From Spironucleus salmonicida (Eukaryota): DNA of 64,000 nucleotides. Positions 13,833 through 26,928 of this stretch are shown piece after piece (the first letter of the stretch is position 1; the number at the start of each line of letters is the position of its first letter). The position numbers and the translations under genes were made by a program. The notes under the pieces were generated by a model. That model had not been told where the DNA came from, ran no database searches, and saw only the letters and a list, made by a program, of their open reading frames with translations. The stretch covers positions 1,137,197 to 1,201,196 of the forward strand of contig NC_090600.1 in the NCBI RefSeq assembly GCF_000497125.1. The letters run 5' to 3'.

Positions 13833-14327
13833 TCATACTTGCTTCGCAATTATAAGCAGAATCATGATAGAAATAGCTACAATGAATCCAAATACAGATG
13901 AAAGAAAACTTCTAATATATCGTTTTTCTGTTAATACTGTCCCAATGAAATAAGCTAATGTAATGTATTATAACATAGACTTTTCACTGAAATAATATTA
14001 ATTAATTATTGTCATTGTTAAATATGATGTAGTAAAAGAAAATAGATGCTTTTAATTTATCTTCAGCATAATTAAAAATAATGATGATAATATAAAGTGA
14101 ATAGATTCTATATAGTATAATCTTAGGTTTAATCGAAAAGATAATAGTAGTCTATATCCAACTATTGCTAAAGGTGATAATTTAAATAAGTTCATTTTTA
14201 TAAATTAGTATGGTATAAATAATAATAATTACTAAATATATTATAATCTAAATGTAACAATATTAATAATAGTAGCAATTTATTCAATTACTTTATAATT
14301 AAAAGCTTGGAAATCGTCTTGAATCAT
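13833..14327 (-). CDS. Hypothetical membrane protein (~164 aa)
   Basis: Open table-6 frame with hydrophobic segments (SFLSSVFGFIVAISIMILLIIAK). Confidence 0.4.
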
Positions 14328-14719
14328 ACTATATACTTTAGTGTTACTAGTTTTTCTCAGACATAATCATAGCATATGTATTAACAAAATATAATATTTA
14401 AATATTTTTAAGTTCATAATTTTATTATTTTGTTTATAAATTTTATTAATATATCATTAACATTATAAATTTTATGCTGTTATTTAAATTCAGTAACTAA
14501 CATCAACACAAATATCATTTTATAACTATATAATAATAAAAATGGATAAGATGATTGCTCAATTACTTATCATTATATAGTTTATGATTTATTTTTTAAG
14601 TGTTTGTGAATTTAGTTAATATAATACTTTCCAAGTAATAGTATTATAAGTGACAATATAATTTTACTTAGTTATTTAAATACAAAATAGTATATATTAC
14701 ATAAACTAATATTCTTAAA

Positions 14720-16330
14720 ATGTCTACCAGCGATGAACCATCAAAATCGTTCAAAGCTAAGTAGTCCACATCAACATCATTCACCTTATTATCTTAAATG
14801 ATGTGGGCTTCCTTATTATCGCTACCCTCACTTGTCTAAAAGTTAGGTTTACCCGCAGTTAGTGTGTTGTATATACTTTCTATAATTTTCATTTTATGGA
14901 TATATGATTCATTCGTCGAAGCTGCCTATTATACGTAAACAAGATCTTATAGGCAAATGATTCTTAAAATACTAGGGAAAAAAGCATCGATTGTTCTTGA
15001 TGTATCTATTATAGTGAACTACTATGGTGTTACTACTGCCTATATGGTTATCGCTTCGTAGAACTATATTTCATTTTTAAAATAAGTAGCAGATTTTGAC
15101 GCCAACCCGTATATAACAAAGGTTGTCATAGCTTGCATTATTTTTTGCCTGTGCTTGCTCAGGAATTTGAAGCAACTAGGAAAAATAGCGTCAATAGCGT
15201 CATTGACTATTTTTAGCTTTTCTTTCACTATAATTGCATATTTTTTCATTGGTCTTAAAGGTAAGCAGCTGTGTCCTGCTGCATCGTCGTATGGTATTGT
15301 TATTTCACCAAAGGTTGGTGGATTAATGACATTTGTTAACTTTTTAGCTTATATACCCGCTACTTAAGGTGCATTTACTGCTCATAACATGATTCCTACA
15401 ATGCTATCTGAAATGGAAGGTCCCAATATTATTAAGAAAAAAGTTTTAAAGATAGCATTACTAATTGCGTGTATGTCAGCTTTCTGTTTGTACATGTTAT
15501 CTGGTATTATGGGTGCTACGATATTTGGGTCAGCAATTGCTGATAACGTCCTTGTTTCCTTTTAGCCTTGTAAATTCGTCTGGATTTATATTATGTAATT
15601 TTGCTATGGACTAGTTGTTATTATAGTGTATCCTTTGATCATTTATCCAATTAAAGTTTCATTTGTTAGCTACTTACCTTAATTTAAAGAATGGAAGGTC
15701 CACTTAACAGTTTCTGTTGTTGTAGTGGTAGCAACAATGGCGTTAGCAATGGTATTAGAATCAATATTATCAATCTTTGGGTTTTTCTCATCTGTAGCAG
15801 GGTTTTTTATGTTCTTCTACTTCCCAATAAGAATTTACCAGGTTCTGCCTAGATTAAAAGTCAATCATGTAGAAGATTAAAAAACGGCAGATTCTGTTGC
15901 TGTTGTTATAGTTGCAATGGCCCTACCAGGAGATATTGGTGAAAATATTACTAGAATTAGAGCTTTAAGTGATAAATTCAAGATAAATAATGATGATGGG
16001 TTCGACTAAGGTATTCCTATACTATCAAGAAAAAGTTTTGAAAAAAGTTTTAATGTTGAAAAAGATAACACCTATGAAATTAATAAAAATGATACTGGTT
16101 TAATGCAAGAAATTGCAGGTGAAGAATTAACAAGTTCTAGGTAATGTGATGCTGAATAGTTAGGCATCTGTCGTAATTCTGTGGCTGAAAAGTAATCGGT
16201 AGCAGTCAATTAAAGAGAAGTGAAAAAGAGAGCAGTTATTGGTTGGATTTTAATAGGTTTTAGCATAATTTGTTGTGTTGTTGGTGCAGTTATCAACTTT
16301 ATGGATATCTTAAACACATTCATGCCATGA
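14720..16330 (+). CDS. Amino acid transporter (Aa_trans/AAAP family)
   Basis: Multi-TM; LLSLP..VQKLG, RSYRQMI..ILGK, LRNLKQL, AFTAHNMIPTMLSEM. Confidence 0.88.
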
Positions 16331-17007
16331 ACTAATTTCTTTAGGTTTATTATATAATTTTAATCTATATAATAATCATATTATTCTATTGTAATACAAT
16401 TTTTCTATTTAATATAAGAGAATTTAAATATTAAATAAGTTTTCCTATGTTACTTAATCTAAGATAAATGTTAATTATACGAAATCCTGAATAATTTAAT
16501 CAATTCAATTGATTCAAATTATTATTTTAGATCTTTATTCTATTATTTTATATTTGGCTGCAATTATTGGAATTAAACTAGACTATATGAAAATATAGGT
16601 ATTAGGTTGGATAAGTTATTATAATTAAAGATAAATCAAGATAATGCAAATTATCTTGTAACTAAAGCTTTTTTGGATGTATAGTAGTATCAATTTTTCT
16701 ACTTTGATTATTAGCAATAAAAACTATGGAAAATTATGGAAAACTAATTTTTTAATAACTAAGCATATAATATGCTTCCAATACATTAATAATTCAGATA
16801 TAACTATATAAAAAGATAACTTTACTTAGTATTGTTTCATAGTTTGATTTACACTTTCTACAAAAGTATTACTACAACTTCGATCTCTACAGAAAACTCC
16901 ATATGCGTTATTACTAAAATAATTTTTATACTGATTTAAAAACCTACAAAGTAGATATACTTTTTATATCCAATTTGCTAGAGATTATATTTATCCCACT
17001 TCACTAA

Positions 17008-18156
17008 ATGCAAATTTACACAAATCAGGCACCCGCGTAAGAGCTTTTAACATAAATAGCGCAAGTTGATACTACGCCTATTAAAAATCTTACATAATTG
17101 CTCACTGCACACTACCAAAAAATTATTCCAGAGCAAATTTCAGAGAAATTTATTATCAACGAAAAATCAAAATCTGAATAGTACACCCTACTCGGAACTG
17201 AGATTATTAAACAGGGAAAAGTGGCCCTGCTCATAATGGCAGGAGGTGCAGCAACGCGCCTCGGTGCGAGCTGCCCAAAAGGAGCATTCCCGCTCAACAA
17301 CTCCTGCCTCTTCGAAATCATCATCAAAAACGCAATCCGCATCGGATCGCCTGACATCATCATCCTGCTGAGCCGCGCAACCGCCGACACCGAGAAATTT
17401 TTCAAACAGAACGACTTCTTCAAATACAACCAAAATAAGCTCACATTCGTCTACCAGGCAGAGTACCCCGTGGTAACCCCAACAGGCGAAATCCTCGCGC
17501 TAGAGCACCAGATCCTGCAGTCGCCGAACGGAAACGCTGGCTTCCTCCCGGCGCTCGCTGCCGTAAATCTGCGCAACTACGAGTTCCTGCACGTTATCGG
17601 CGTTGACAACCCATTCGTGAAGCCCCTTGAGGCCGAGATGCTCGGATTTGCGATCTAGCGTGATTTGGACGTCGTTAATCGCGTGATAAGGCCGAAAAGG
17701 AACGAAAAAGTTGGCATTTGCGGTTTCAAGCGGAATGACTGCAGGTGGCAGTCGCAGATCGTCGATTTGAGTCAAGTTTTGCCCGAAATCGCGCCCACGG
17801 TTTTCGAGTACTCGGAGGTCAACTTCGACGAAATCGACCTCGCAAACAGCTTCGGGAGCATCGCAAATCACCTATTTTCGACGCGCATCCTGCTCAAAAT
17901 TCAGGAAATTCAGCAGGTCGGAATGGCGGTTCCCTTCCATTTGGCCATCAAAAAAGTTTCGTTTTTCGACTTTTAGGAGCGGAAAATTGTCGTTCCAGAG
18001 CGAGAAAATGCTGTCAAATTTGAGCACTTCATTTTTGACTACTTCCACTTCTGCGAAGTTGCGAAATTTGGCGTTTTTGAATGCTCCAGAGACGAATTTC
18101 AGCCTTTGAAGGAAGTTGGGGATATTGAAGGAATTTTGGAGAGATTGATGGAGTGA
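17008..18156 (+). CDS. UAP1: UDP-N-acetylglucosamine pyrophosphorylase
   Basis: KVALLIMAGGAATRLG..CPKG, SPNGNAG, GVDNP, EYSE, KFEHFIFD. Confidence 0.93.
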
Positions 18157-18482
18157 AAAATGGTATGTTATGTATAATAATAAGTTATATTTGGGAAGTG
18201 GGGAGTGGAAAATGGAAGGGCTTCAGGGGGATCTGAGAGTTGCTATAATTACGAAATAAGGCGTTCAGTGAGAGAATGTGGTAGTGTTAGGAAATGTGTG
18301 CACTTATCTGGTTTAAAGATGACAATTTTCAAAGTCATTTGAAGTGCAATAATTTGAGTAAAAATATATATTCTATTTTATCATATATAGTTTGAAATGT
18401 AATCGCTACATATACAAAACTATATTCTGTATACTAATTATAATCTTATATAATATAATTTTATATAGCTCCATTCCTTGAA

Positions 18483-19292
18483 ATGACAGACCCATAGAAA
18501 AAGAAAATTAGCCCCTACAAGCCTGAACCATAACATGCATCATTATACAAAAGGTTAGATAAGGCGTTTGGAATGGCTTCTGGCGATTATGGTTTACTGA
18601 AAGAAGGTGATAGGATTCTTGTCGCAATGTCTGGAGGAAAAGACTCATATACGCTGTTTCATCTCCTTAAATCTTTTTAGCAAAGAGTTCCATTTAAATA
18701 TGATGTTTTCCCTGTTACTGTTAATACAGGATTTGGTGAATTTCGGGCGAACGTAGAAAAAATTAAAGAGCACCTGAAGACAGTGTATGATTCAGATCTA
18801 CACATAATTGAAGAAGATTTCCCATCAATTATAGATAATCACTTGACTCCTGGAACACGAACATGTTCTTTCTGCGCGCGTCTTCGTCGTGGCTCCCTAT
18901 CGACATACTGCAAATCTCAAAATATAAACAAAATAGCATTAGGGCATCATGCAGATGATGTTATTGAGTCAATGTTGATGTCTTAGCTTTAGAATGGTCG
19001 ATTATGGACTTAAGCTCCTATTTATGAAAACACATCTAATATTAGTATTATTCGTCCTTTAATGAATATTTACGAAGCTCAGATAGTAGAATTTGCGAAA
19101 ATACGCTAATTTCCGATAATAAAATGTAACTGTCCATCCGAAGGTGATCCTTCTCATTTTCGCGCTGTAGCGAAGCGTCTAGTCTAAACTTTAACAGAAC
19201 AAGTACCATCCGCTCGACAAAATCTTTTAGCAACATCTAAGTAAGTCATTAAAACAATGAGAATTGATAATACTAAAGATGATGAATTGTGA
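18483..19292 (+). CDS. ttcA: tRNA 2-thiocytidine biosynthesis protein TtcA (bacterial type)
   Basis: EGDRILVAMSGGKDS (PP-loop), CSFCARLRRG, KIALGHHADD, IIRPL, FPIIKCNC. Confidence 0.92.
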
Positions 19293-19302
19293 TAGCTTTA
19301 TT

Positions 19303-19899
19303 TCACCCAAAAACAAACTATATATATGATTTAATGATACTTTCAGTTAGTTTTGATTTAAACTTCAAAATATAATATATATCCTCCTTTGATATTTTTG
19401 GAAAATCATTAAAATGCTTTAATATTTCTTAGCTTGCGCTTCCATATAAATTTTAAATCATTTTTTAATAAAAGGTTAAAAATTTCCCTTCGTTTTATAC
19501 ACCTCTTAAATTAGAACTTTCACCACAAAAGTTATATAGTTTAATATAAAACTTAACAGTTTCTTATTCATTTTTTGTAAGTACTAATTTAATATTTAAA
19601 GAATAACAGACTTAAAATGCGTTATGAAAATCAGCCTTTTCAAACTTTCCTTCAATTAAAAGATAACTATAATGTACATTTTTTATTTATTTTAATTGGT
19701 GTAAAAGACGCCCACTTTATATAGAAGAAGCAAGATCTGAACCTGTTTTTCTCTCAACGGTAGCGACTATTTTATCATTTTTCAGTACTGCAAAATCTCC
19801 AAAATGTAGAGTTTTTATAGAAATAATAGAGAGTAAATCTTTAGGGAAAAGTAAAATGTAAAACTACTCACCACGTGGATCAAGTTGTAAAGAAAGCAT
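19303..19899 (-). CDS. ERCC4-domain endonuclease (Mus81/XPF family)
   Basis: GDF...VERKTGSDLASSIQSGRLLHQL...YLLIEG. Confidence 0.85.
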
Positions 19900-20015
19900 T
19901 TTAGTTAAAAATATTATAGGTTTATATACATTATAAATATAGAATATATATAAATTAGAATTATATGAAAATATCATATAATTTACAATAAATTATTAAT
20001 CACTTGGGTAACATC

Positions 20016-21665
20016 TCATCCTGAATTCCACTAAAGAGGTTTTAATAGGTTTAAAATAGAATTTTTTCTTAAATCAGCATATTTAAAGTATTAGTAAGAT
20101 TTTGTAAGTATCTTTGTTTACATTATTTAGAGATTTTATATCTCTAAATTTTAATCTTAGCTCTATATACATTAGTGGTTTATAAATATTGTATATTACA
20201 GCAAGAGTACAAATTTTCAGCCAAATTCATTGTATAAACTTAAATAATATTTTATGTTATCGCTTCATCAAATATCACTCTTAGCAACCAATCCCTGCAA
20301 ATCAACTTATTCATATTTTCTCGTCAAAAGTTTCTCTTCGTCTCCTGCTCGGATGATTTTCCATAAGTTTTCTTAAATAAATTCTTTCATTTCAAGAATT
20401 CTCAAACATTTTTAGTTGTCATTATATTTGTGCTAAAGATAATTCCTTAAGTTTTATTACTAAAATTATTCAATTTCTCGTAATATTTTTAATTCAACGG
20501 CAAAACTTAATTTACCATTACCCATTGTACCAACTATATTTATTAATGGGCTTCCAACAACAAGTAAAAATTTAAAATTTGGAATAAATTATAATTTTTC
20601 ACATCCTCTACAAACAACAAACGTAAGATTTTAGAGAACATATAAAACTTGCAAATCAACCAAATTTATACAGTAACTAAATTGAGCTGATTTCAACTCT
20701 TTACAACCAACAATAGAATTCAAATTTTAGAACTCACACCTTGAAATTAGGAGGTTTTGTAAGTTTTTCAATAATGAGAAGTCAAAATTCTATAGCTTTA
20801 GATTTGAAAGATTTAATGATATAATATTCTAAGTTAAAATTGTATTTTAAAATGTTATAGAATGAAATTTATACTTAAAAAAGAATGGAATAGTAAGATT
20901 TGGAATAATTTCGTCATCAAATAGAATCTGCTCCTCGAAATGAGCTGCATTGACTACTTCTAGTTGTTTTTCAAAGAAATTAAAATGAACACCAGAAACT
21001 TAATATAATAATTATTTCGTAAATTTAGTTAATAACACTTAACTATCAATTTTATGATCTGTTGATGGTTTTTTCAGTCTTTTAATCTCAAGCCAGTCAT
21101 CCTTAAGATCCTCTTTGATAAAATCTGAAATTTTATAACCCTTAGCAAGTTTTGTCATCCTTTATTGAAATACCAAATTTTTAACATTAATATTGTAAGA
21201 AATAAGTACCTTTGAACTAAAAATTGGAAGAAATCTAGTATCAATTAGGTTATCAAAAGCCACAAATTTAAGTGATCTCAGAAGCTAAAGTGGACGTAAA
21301 TCGGGAAGATTTGATATAGAAGAGAAAGAAAGGGTTTCTAAATTTTAAAGGAATAAAATATCTGTAAAATATAGAAGAGTTGATTCATATAAATAAAGCT
21401 AACGAAGATTTGGAAGAGTTTTCAAGCTAACCTATACCCGACCTGCTGCTAATGATTGAATGCTATCTAAAATTTGTTTTGGTAGTTTTTAGAAATCTGC
21501 TTCTGTTGTAGTATACGAAAACTATTTCGGAATAAACTAATCTAGATCAGTATTAAATGAATAATATATTGCTGAATTTTCCCATTCATCTACACGTCCT
21601 TCATTCTCTTAAATGATAAGCTCTGGAGATATAATTAAATGTGGAAATGGGCACTCGAGTGACAT
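20016..21665 (-). CDS. Leucine-rich repeat protein
   Basis: LxxLPNLRQLYL, LQNLETLSF, LxLLRSLKF and similar LRR units. Confidence 0.75.
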
Positions 21666-22271
21666 TAAAAAGAGAGTGTATATTTTTTAATAAATGGTAT
21701 ATAATAAAATGTTTATGAAGTTTTAATGATAACTATAAATAAATATAATTATAGCTTTAACTTTCTTAGATTATTGTATTATGATATTTAAATCACTAGT
21801 GTTAGATAATTAACATATTTTGCTAGTGAATCTGCATTTTGTCTCATTATAATTTAGTGTGACAGAGTTTAAAGTTTTTATTTCCAACTTTAAATTTAAG
21901 TACTATTATAAATTAACTGATAAATATTATTATATAACTAATGGAACAGTACAAAATGCTAAATGTTGATGCTATTTTAATAGTGATAAAAGAAATATTA
22001 TTCAGAACCCTTTAAACTATAGATATTTACATATCTCTATCTGGTTGTATATTAGAATATTTCAATTTTTAAAACTACAATATACCTAAAAAACTATAAT
22101 ATCAGAAGAATATTCAGACTTCTGAATCTAAAAGTTACAAATATTAATTATATCCTATAAATATTTTTAGTCTAGTAAAAATAGAATTAAACATATTTAT
22201 TGCGCAAAAATTACTTAATTGTATAATATTATATATTTATTGTTACTGAACTGTAAATCTAAATTATTAAA

Positions 22272-22862
22272 ATGTATGAATCTCATATACAGCCTTCTAC
22301 AAGTGAATTTATGTCTTAGTCATAAATCACAGCTATGGTACCGTAAGTTAATAACTAACAAGGCCCTATACTTACAAAATGTTATGATTTCCCTAATCCT
22401 ACTTATAGAACTGTAGTGCCAATCTCTATCTTGTAGGGTGCAACTGAGACAATTACGGTAACATTTTTATCTCATAATGCGAATAGTTGTATTGCTAGTG
22501 TTTCTGGTGACTATATGATCTCGGCTTGCTAGTAAAGTCCATTTTTAAAATAGTTAGATGTTGAAGCTTATGGTGTCGATGTAATTCTTACAGGACTATA
22601 CCCTGGATTTGGAAAGGCAAAGATAAACATAACTGGATGCTTACCTATGGTTACTATTTATATTGAAGCAAATATTATACAAAATCCTCCTCATGTACTG
22701 CCAGTTGCAACATCGCTTCGTAGTTCATAAAACTTTTAAACTTCACAAATGACTTCTTCAATGAGAAGTTCAGAAATTGATCCTTTAACTGGAAGTTAAA
22801 GAATGGATGGTTCCGGAAGTTGGAGGGAAAGTAAATTTCTTAAAGATTCAGGTAGATGGTGA
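22272..22862 (+). CDS. Hypothetical protein (196 aa)
   Basis: Fully read table-6 ORF MYESHIQP...DSGRW. Confidence 0.7.
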
Positions 22863-22970
22863 CTTGTGTAAATTATTTTATTTTGAGTATTGGAATAATA
22901 TTAATATTAAGAATATGATGATATAAAATTTATAATAAAGTCACTTTATTTCTTTTATTAATGTATAACA

Positions 22971-23441
22971 TCAATCAATGAAAGGCTCTAAGTTGTCTGA
23001 AAGAAGATTATTAAATACAGTCAGTAGTTACTGATTAATATAAACTGGTTCCTTGATAAGAGTGATCACAGGTGTATCTGAGTTATCTTCATCATCTATT
23101 ATCATTTGGTTGATGGATTTATAATCATTATATAATCTATACTCCGTTTTATTTCTAATTGTTGATTTAGAAGTTTAACCTCGTAATTTAACCAAATCAC
23201 CATAATCAATAGTATCAATAGTAGAAGTTGTTATTGATCTTTGTGTAATTGCTTTTGGCATAACTGATCTGACTGTTTTAATCTATTCCGAAGATATTGG
23301 TTAAAGCGGAATCTTAAGCTTTTAAACAGGATGACTAAACTATTATGCTTAACATATTATATTAATATCAACATTAGCACTGCTTTATTACTAAGTTATT
23401 TGCCTATGCAATAAATTTACAGATGAAAGACCTGATCTCAT
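22971..23441 (-). CDS. Hypothetical protein (156 aa)
   Basis: Fully read table-6 ORF MRSGLSSV...LEPFID. Confidence 0.55.
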
Positions 23442-23869
23442 TTTTACAATTTTATTATGATAATAATATTTGTATCAATTATTTCATATAACTTTCTGCA
23501 AAACTATATTTCTTAGTTTCTATATAAAATAAATGATATTTCTTAATAATATAATTTTTATTACTTTTAAAGATATTACATCTAACAATATTATACTACA
23601 AAATATCTATAAATTAACTAGTCTATTGTACATTATTACTCAACAATGTTAATAAGTTATCATTTGGCAGTAAAGGATGATACTACTTGAATAGAAAATT
23701 GATATTAAAGTATAAGATTTGAAACGTAAGGAATTGCTTAATACTCTGTTGTAGCTAATTAACGAAATGCTATATTCAATATATTTCTGCTGAATTATGA
23801 TCAATCCAGTGTGATTTTTTTAAGGATGGATCCAACTTAACTGATTGGTTATTATATAATTAGAAGCTC

Positions 23870-24714
23870 ATGTTAGTAGTCTCCGGTTCGAGGCCTCGAA
23901 AAGGCTCCAGAAACCAGTTTCTCGATAACCAGTTTGATCTTTATTCGGTATACACCTCGAATCCCATTCTTAAGTTTAGCGCGAAAAAGAGTTTCCAGAA
24001 CAGGCTGGGCCGAAAGTATAATTTGTGATTTCCAATTATGTATTATCGTGTTCTCCCTCCAGATTATCCACATCCACTTCCAGAAATGTTATTAAAGTTC
24101 CACCACTAGCGTTCCATCGCGATCGCTTGCATCCGCGCTAACTGTATTGACTACCGGTTTATCAGGCGGATATTCTTCCTCAAGTCCAACAAGTACATCG
24201 ACACCCAGCTACAGGCTGCCGTGGAGCGATCGGAGATCCTGTAGTTCGCCATGACCATCCTCCAAAGCAATCTGGATGAGCAGCATCGCAATGTATGCAC
24301 CAACATGCTGCGGCAACTTACGCAATCCACCACCCGTCTCGGCTATGATGCGGTGCGAGAGTATGTCCTACTCGAGTGAGATTTTAGCCCCTCCACTAAA
24401 TGGACCTTGGGCTCTACCCGCCATTCTACCAGCTATAGCCCCAGGTACTCGACCGCCAGCTGCAGTTCTGGGTTCAGCGCATCCAGTCGCACCTTGTAGA
24501 TACCGGAACACACTTCCTATCCCTCAAAGAGTTTCGACCACCTCTATTTCACTTTCAGCCGGAGTTCGACTTAGTCAACCGCATTCTTTGCATCTTCTCA
24601 GATGCTGGGCAGCTCGAAAAAGTGGATACCACACTATTCAGGGTATTCGTCGAGTCTCCAGTCGTGGTGATCCGGCGCAACCTCGAGGTCGGCCTGATCA
24701 GCTCCGTCGACGAG
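23870..24714 (+). repeat. Inverted repeat arm A (845 bp, GC-rich)
   Basis: Reverse complement of 28803-29647; ORF-track translations identical across both arms. Confidence 0.97.
24086..24379 (+). CDS. Small hypothetical protein (97 aa), copy in arm A
   Basis: MLLKFHHQRS...REYVLLE; C-rich upstream motif, ends GAG TGA, GC3-biased. Confidence 0.65.
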
Positions 24715-24882
24715 CTCAAAGAAAAACTCAACACCTTTTTAAAAATCTAAAATAGAATTTATGCTACCAACTATATATTTTTACATGATATTATATACTG
24801 CTTTTAATTTTGTAACTTACTAAATTAAATATACTATAATTATAAATATTATTGCTACCGCTCCAAATTAAATGTCCGTTGA
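24400..24882 (+). pseudogene. VPS25: Truncated/chimeric Vps25 copy (first ~105 codons plus unrelated AT-rich tail)
   Basis: Matches the 28656-29117 gene up to the arm end, then loses the Vps25-like C-terminus. Confidence 0.65.
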
Positions 24883-25240
24883 GAAACTTTTAAAAACACA
24901 ATAAGAACTGACTGACCAGATTCAACATACTAAATCATAAATTAAGAACTTTGATGAGAAGATATCTGCACTTAAACTAGAATAACTGACATCTACTGCA
25001 AATTTAGAAGGATTTTAGTAATAACTAGTAGAAGCTAAAATTAGCGAAGAACAACTGAACTAATAGTTGCAATAGATAACACAAGAAGTGAACCATCAAA
25101 AGGAAAGAATCGAATCGTAGAAAAAATATGCTGAGAATAAAGTTGTTTAATAGTAGTATCTAGAGGAGAAATCAGTTTAAGATAAGCTTGAAACACAGAT
25201 ATTAGAACTAATTGAGTAGAAATAAGCAAGGATGGATTGA
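24872..25240 (+). CDS. Coiled-coil hypothetical protein (122 aa)
   Basis: MSVEKLLKTQQELTDQ... Q/E/K-rich heptads; C-rich upstream motif. Confidence 0.7.
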
Positions 25241-26172
25241 AAAATGGTTATTTTATCTTTATCTATTTTATGATTATTCACAATCATTTTATTAAAAGTA
25301 TTAAATATGTAAACTCATTCATTTAATATAATAGAACCTAATAAAAGATCACTCACTGTTTTAACTTAAAAGTTTATGAAGAATTAAGAATTTCTTTCTT
25401 AATATTTAATGATGGATTGACTTTGTTCTTTTTAAGTTAAACCCTATCACCCACATAATTATCCACTTATATAAATTCATTGTCTAAGGGTTGTGCTTTA
25501 TTTTTCTTGATACAATTGGACATTTAAAGGAAATATGATATATTCTTCATACAATATATTATTAATATCATAAAATTACTAAGTTTTTAGTTTTTTATAT
25601 TATTAAATAGTTTCCTGAAAGGATATGAGTACAAATTACATTATACATCCACTTATTATAAAATAGACATTATATAGTTAACAATAATAAATTTAATATT
25701 AGTTGCCTTCCTTCTATTATACCTGCAATATGATACTTTTAATTAGGTTCTAGTACATTTATTATCGAATATGTATATAGTATAATTGGAATAATTAATT
25801 CTATTCCACAGGCAATAGTTAAATATATAGAAATTCTATATAGTGTTTATCTAAGGATCACATTACAATATTCAAATTAATAATAAACTGTTACCTATAA
25901 ATACATTATTTATATAAATTAATATAATTTTACACTATTAATGTGATGGTTTTAGTGTTCATACTCATTAAAATAACATCTAGTAACATAATTACTGTAT
26001 CGAAAAATAGTTACTATATATAGATGATAAAATATTTAAATAAGTAGGCTAAGTTGTGAATGTATTATTCAATTCAAACTTCTAATAAAATGCTTTACAG
26101 CATCAAATTAAAAATAAAACATATTGGATAATTTTAGATATATTTAAAAGAATAAATATAAAAACTACTCTA

Positions 26173-26928
26173 TCAGGATTCTGTCTCCTCTTCAGTTGAC
26201 TATTACCAGTCAGTCATACCTACTACCTCCTCGATACTACCTTCCAATTCATCGACTAAAATGATATTATGGATTTATTTTTAATCAGTAAAATAATTGA
26301 AGATCTCTGGAAATTCATCTAAATCAATGCCTTCAGATAGTAAATTATCATCAATATATTGATTAAAGATTTAGTAATTAGGCTGAAATCCGTTCTCTGC
26401 CAAATATGTAAATAATTTGATAGACTGTACGATCTAATTAATTTGTAGCTCATCGAAAATTTCATTTTTAATATGAATTTTTACTTCTTTTTTTGGTGGT
26501 AAAACTTCTTTTTGTTTAAACTGTAAGCTTGGCTTCTGAAATGGATTTTTAATTATAATGGATATAATATCACCTACTACCTTTGGAGCAATCGGAAATG
26601 AAAGAAACTAGAAAAACTGTAGTAAAGTTTCAGTAGAAACAAAATGAAACACTGACTACATGAAGCTTTAAAAAATCGTTTCCTCTATCACAAAAATATG
26701 TTCCGGATCCAATTAATCATATAGTTTTTAAATCTCGTAATTCATTTTTTTATAATCACGAAGGGCAGTAGAGGCCTTAAAGGTTGTTTCGGTGTTTGAA
26801 CGTGATAATGGTTACGCTTGGGTCTAGAGTGGAATAATTGCTTATAATTTATATTATATCGTAGATTGTTAATTTGGTTCTTATTAAAGTGCATTATCAA
26901 CTATAAACGGAGGTGAGCCGCAACCCAT
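26173..26928 (-). CDS. Hypothetical protein with N-terminal MGC acylation motif (251 aa)
   Basis: MGCGSPP...EEETES fully read in table 6. Confidence 0.7.

Noticed and set aside
24276-24755. Track ORF of 159 aa (and its twin at 28771-29241)
   Set aside because: Off-frame shadow; the GC3 pattern, start/stop signals and Vps25 similarity lie in other frames
25353-25523. 56-aa minus-strand ORF ending CAG TGA
   Set aside because: Too short and featureless to support
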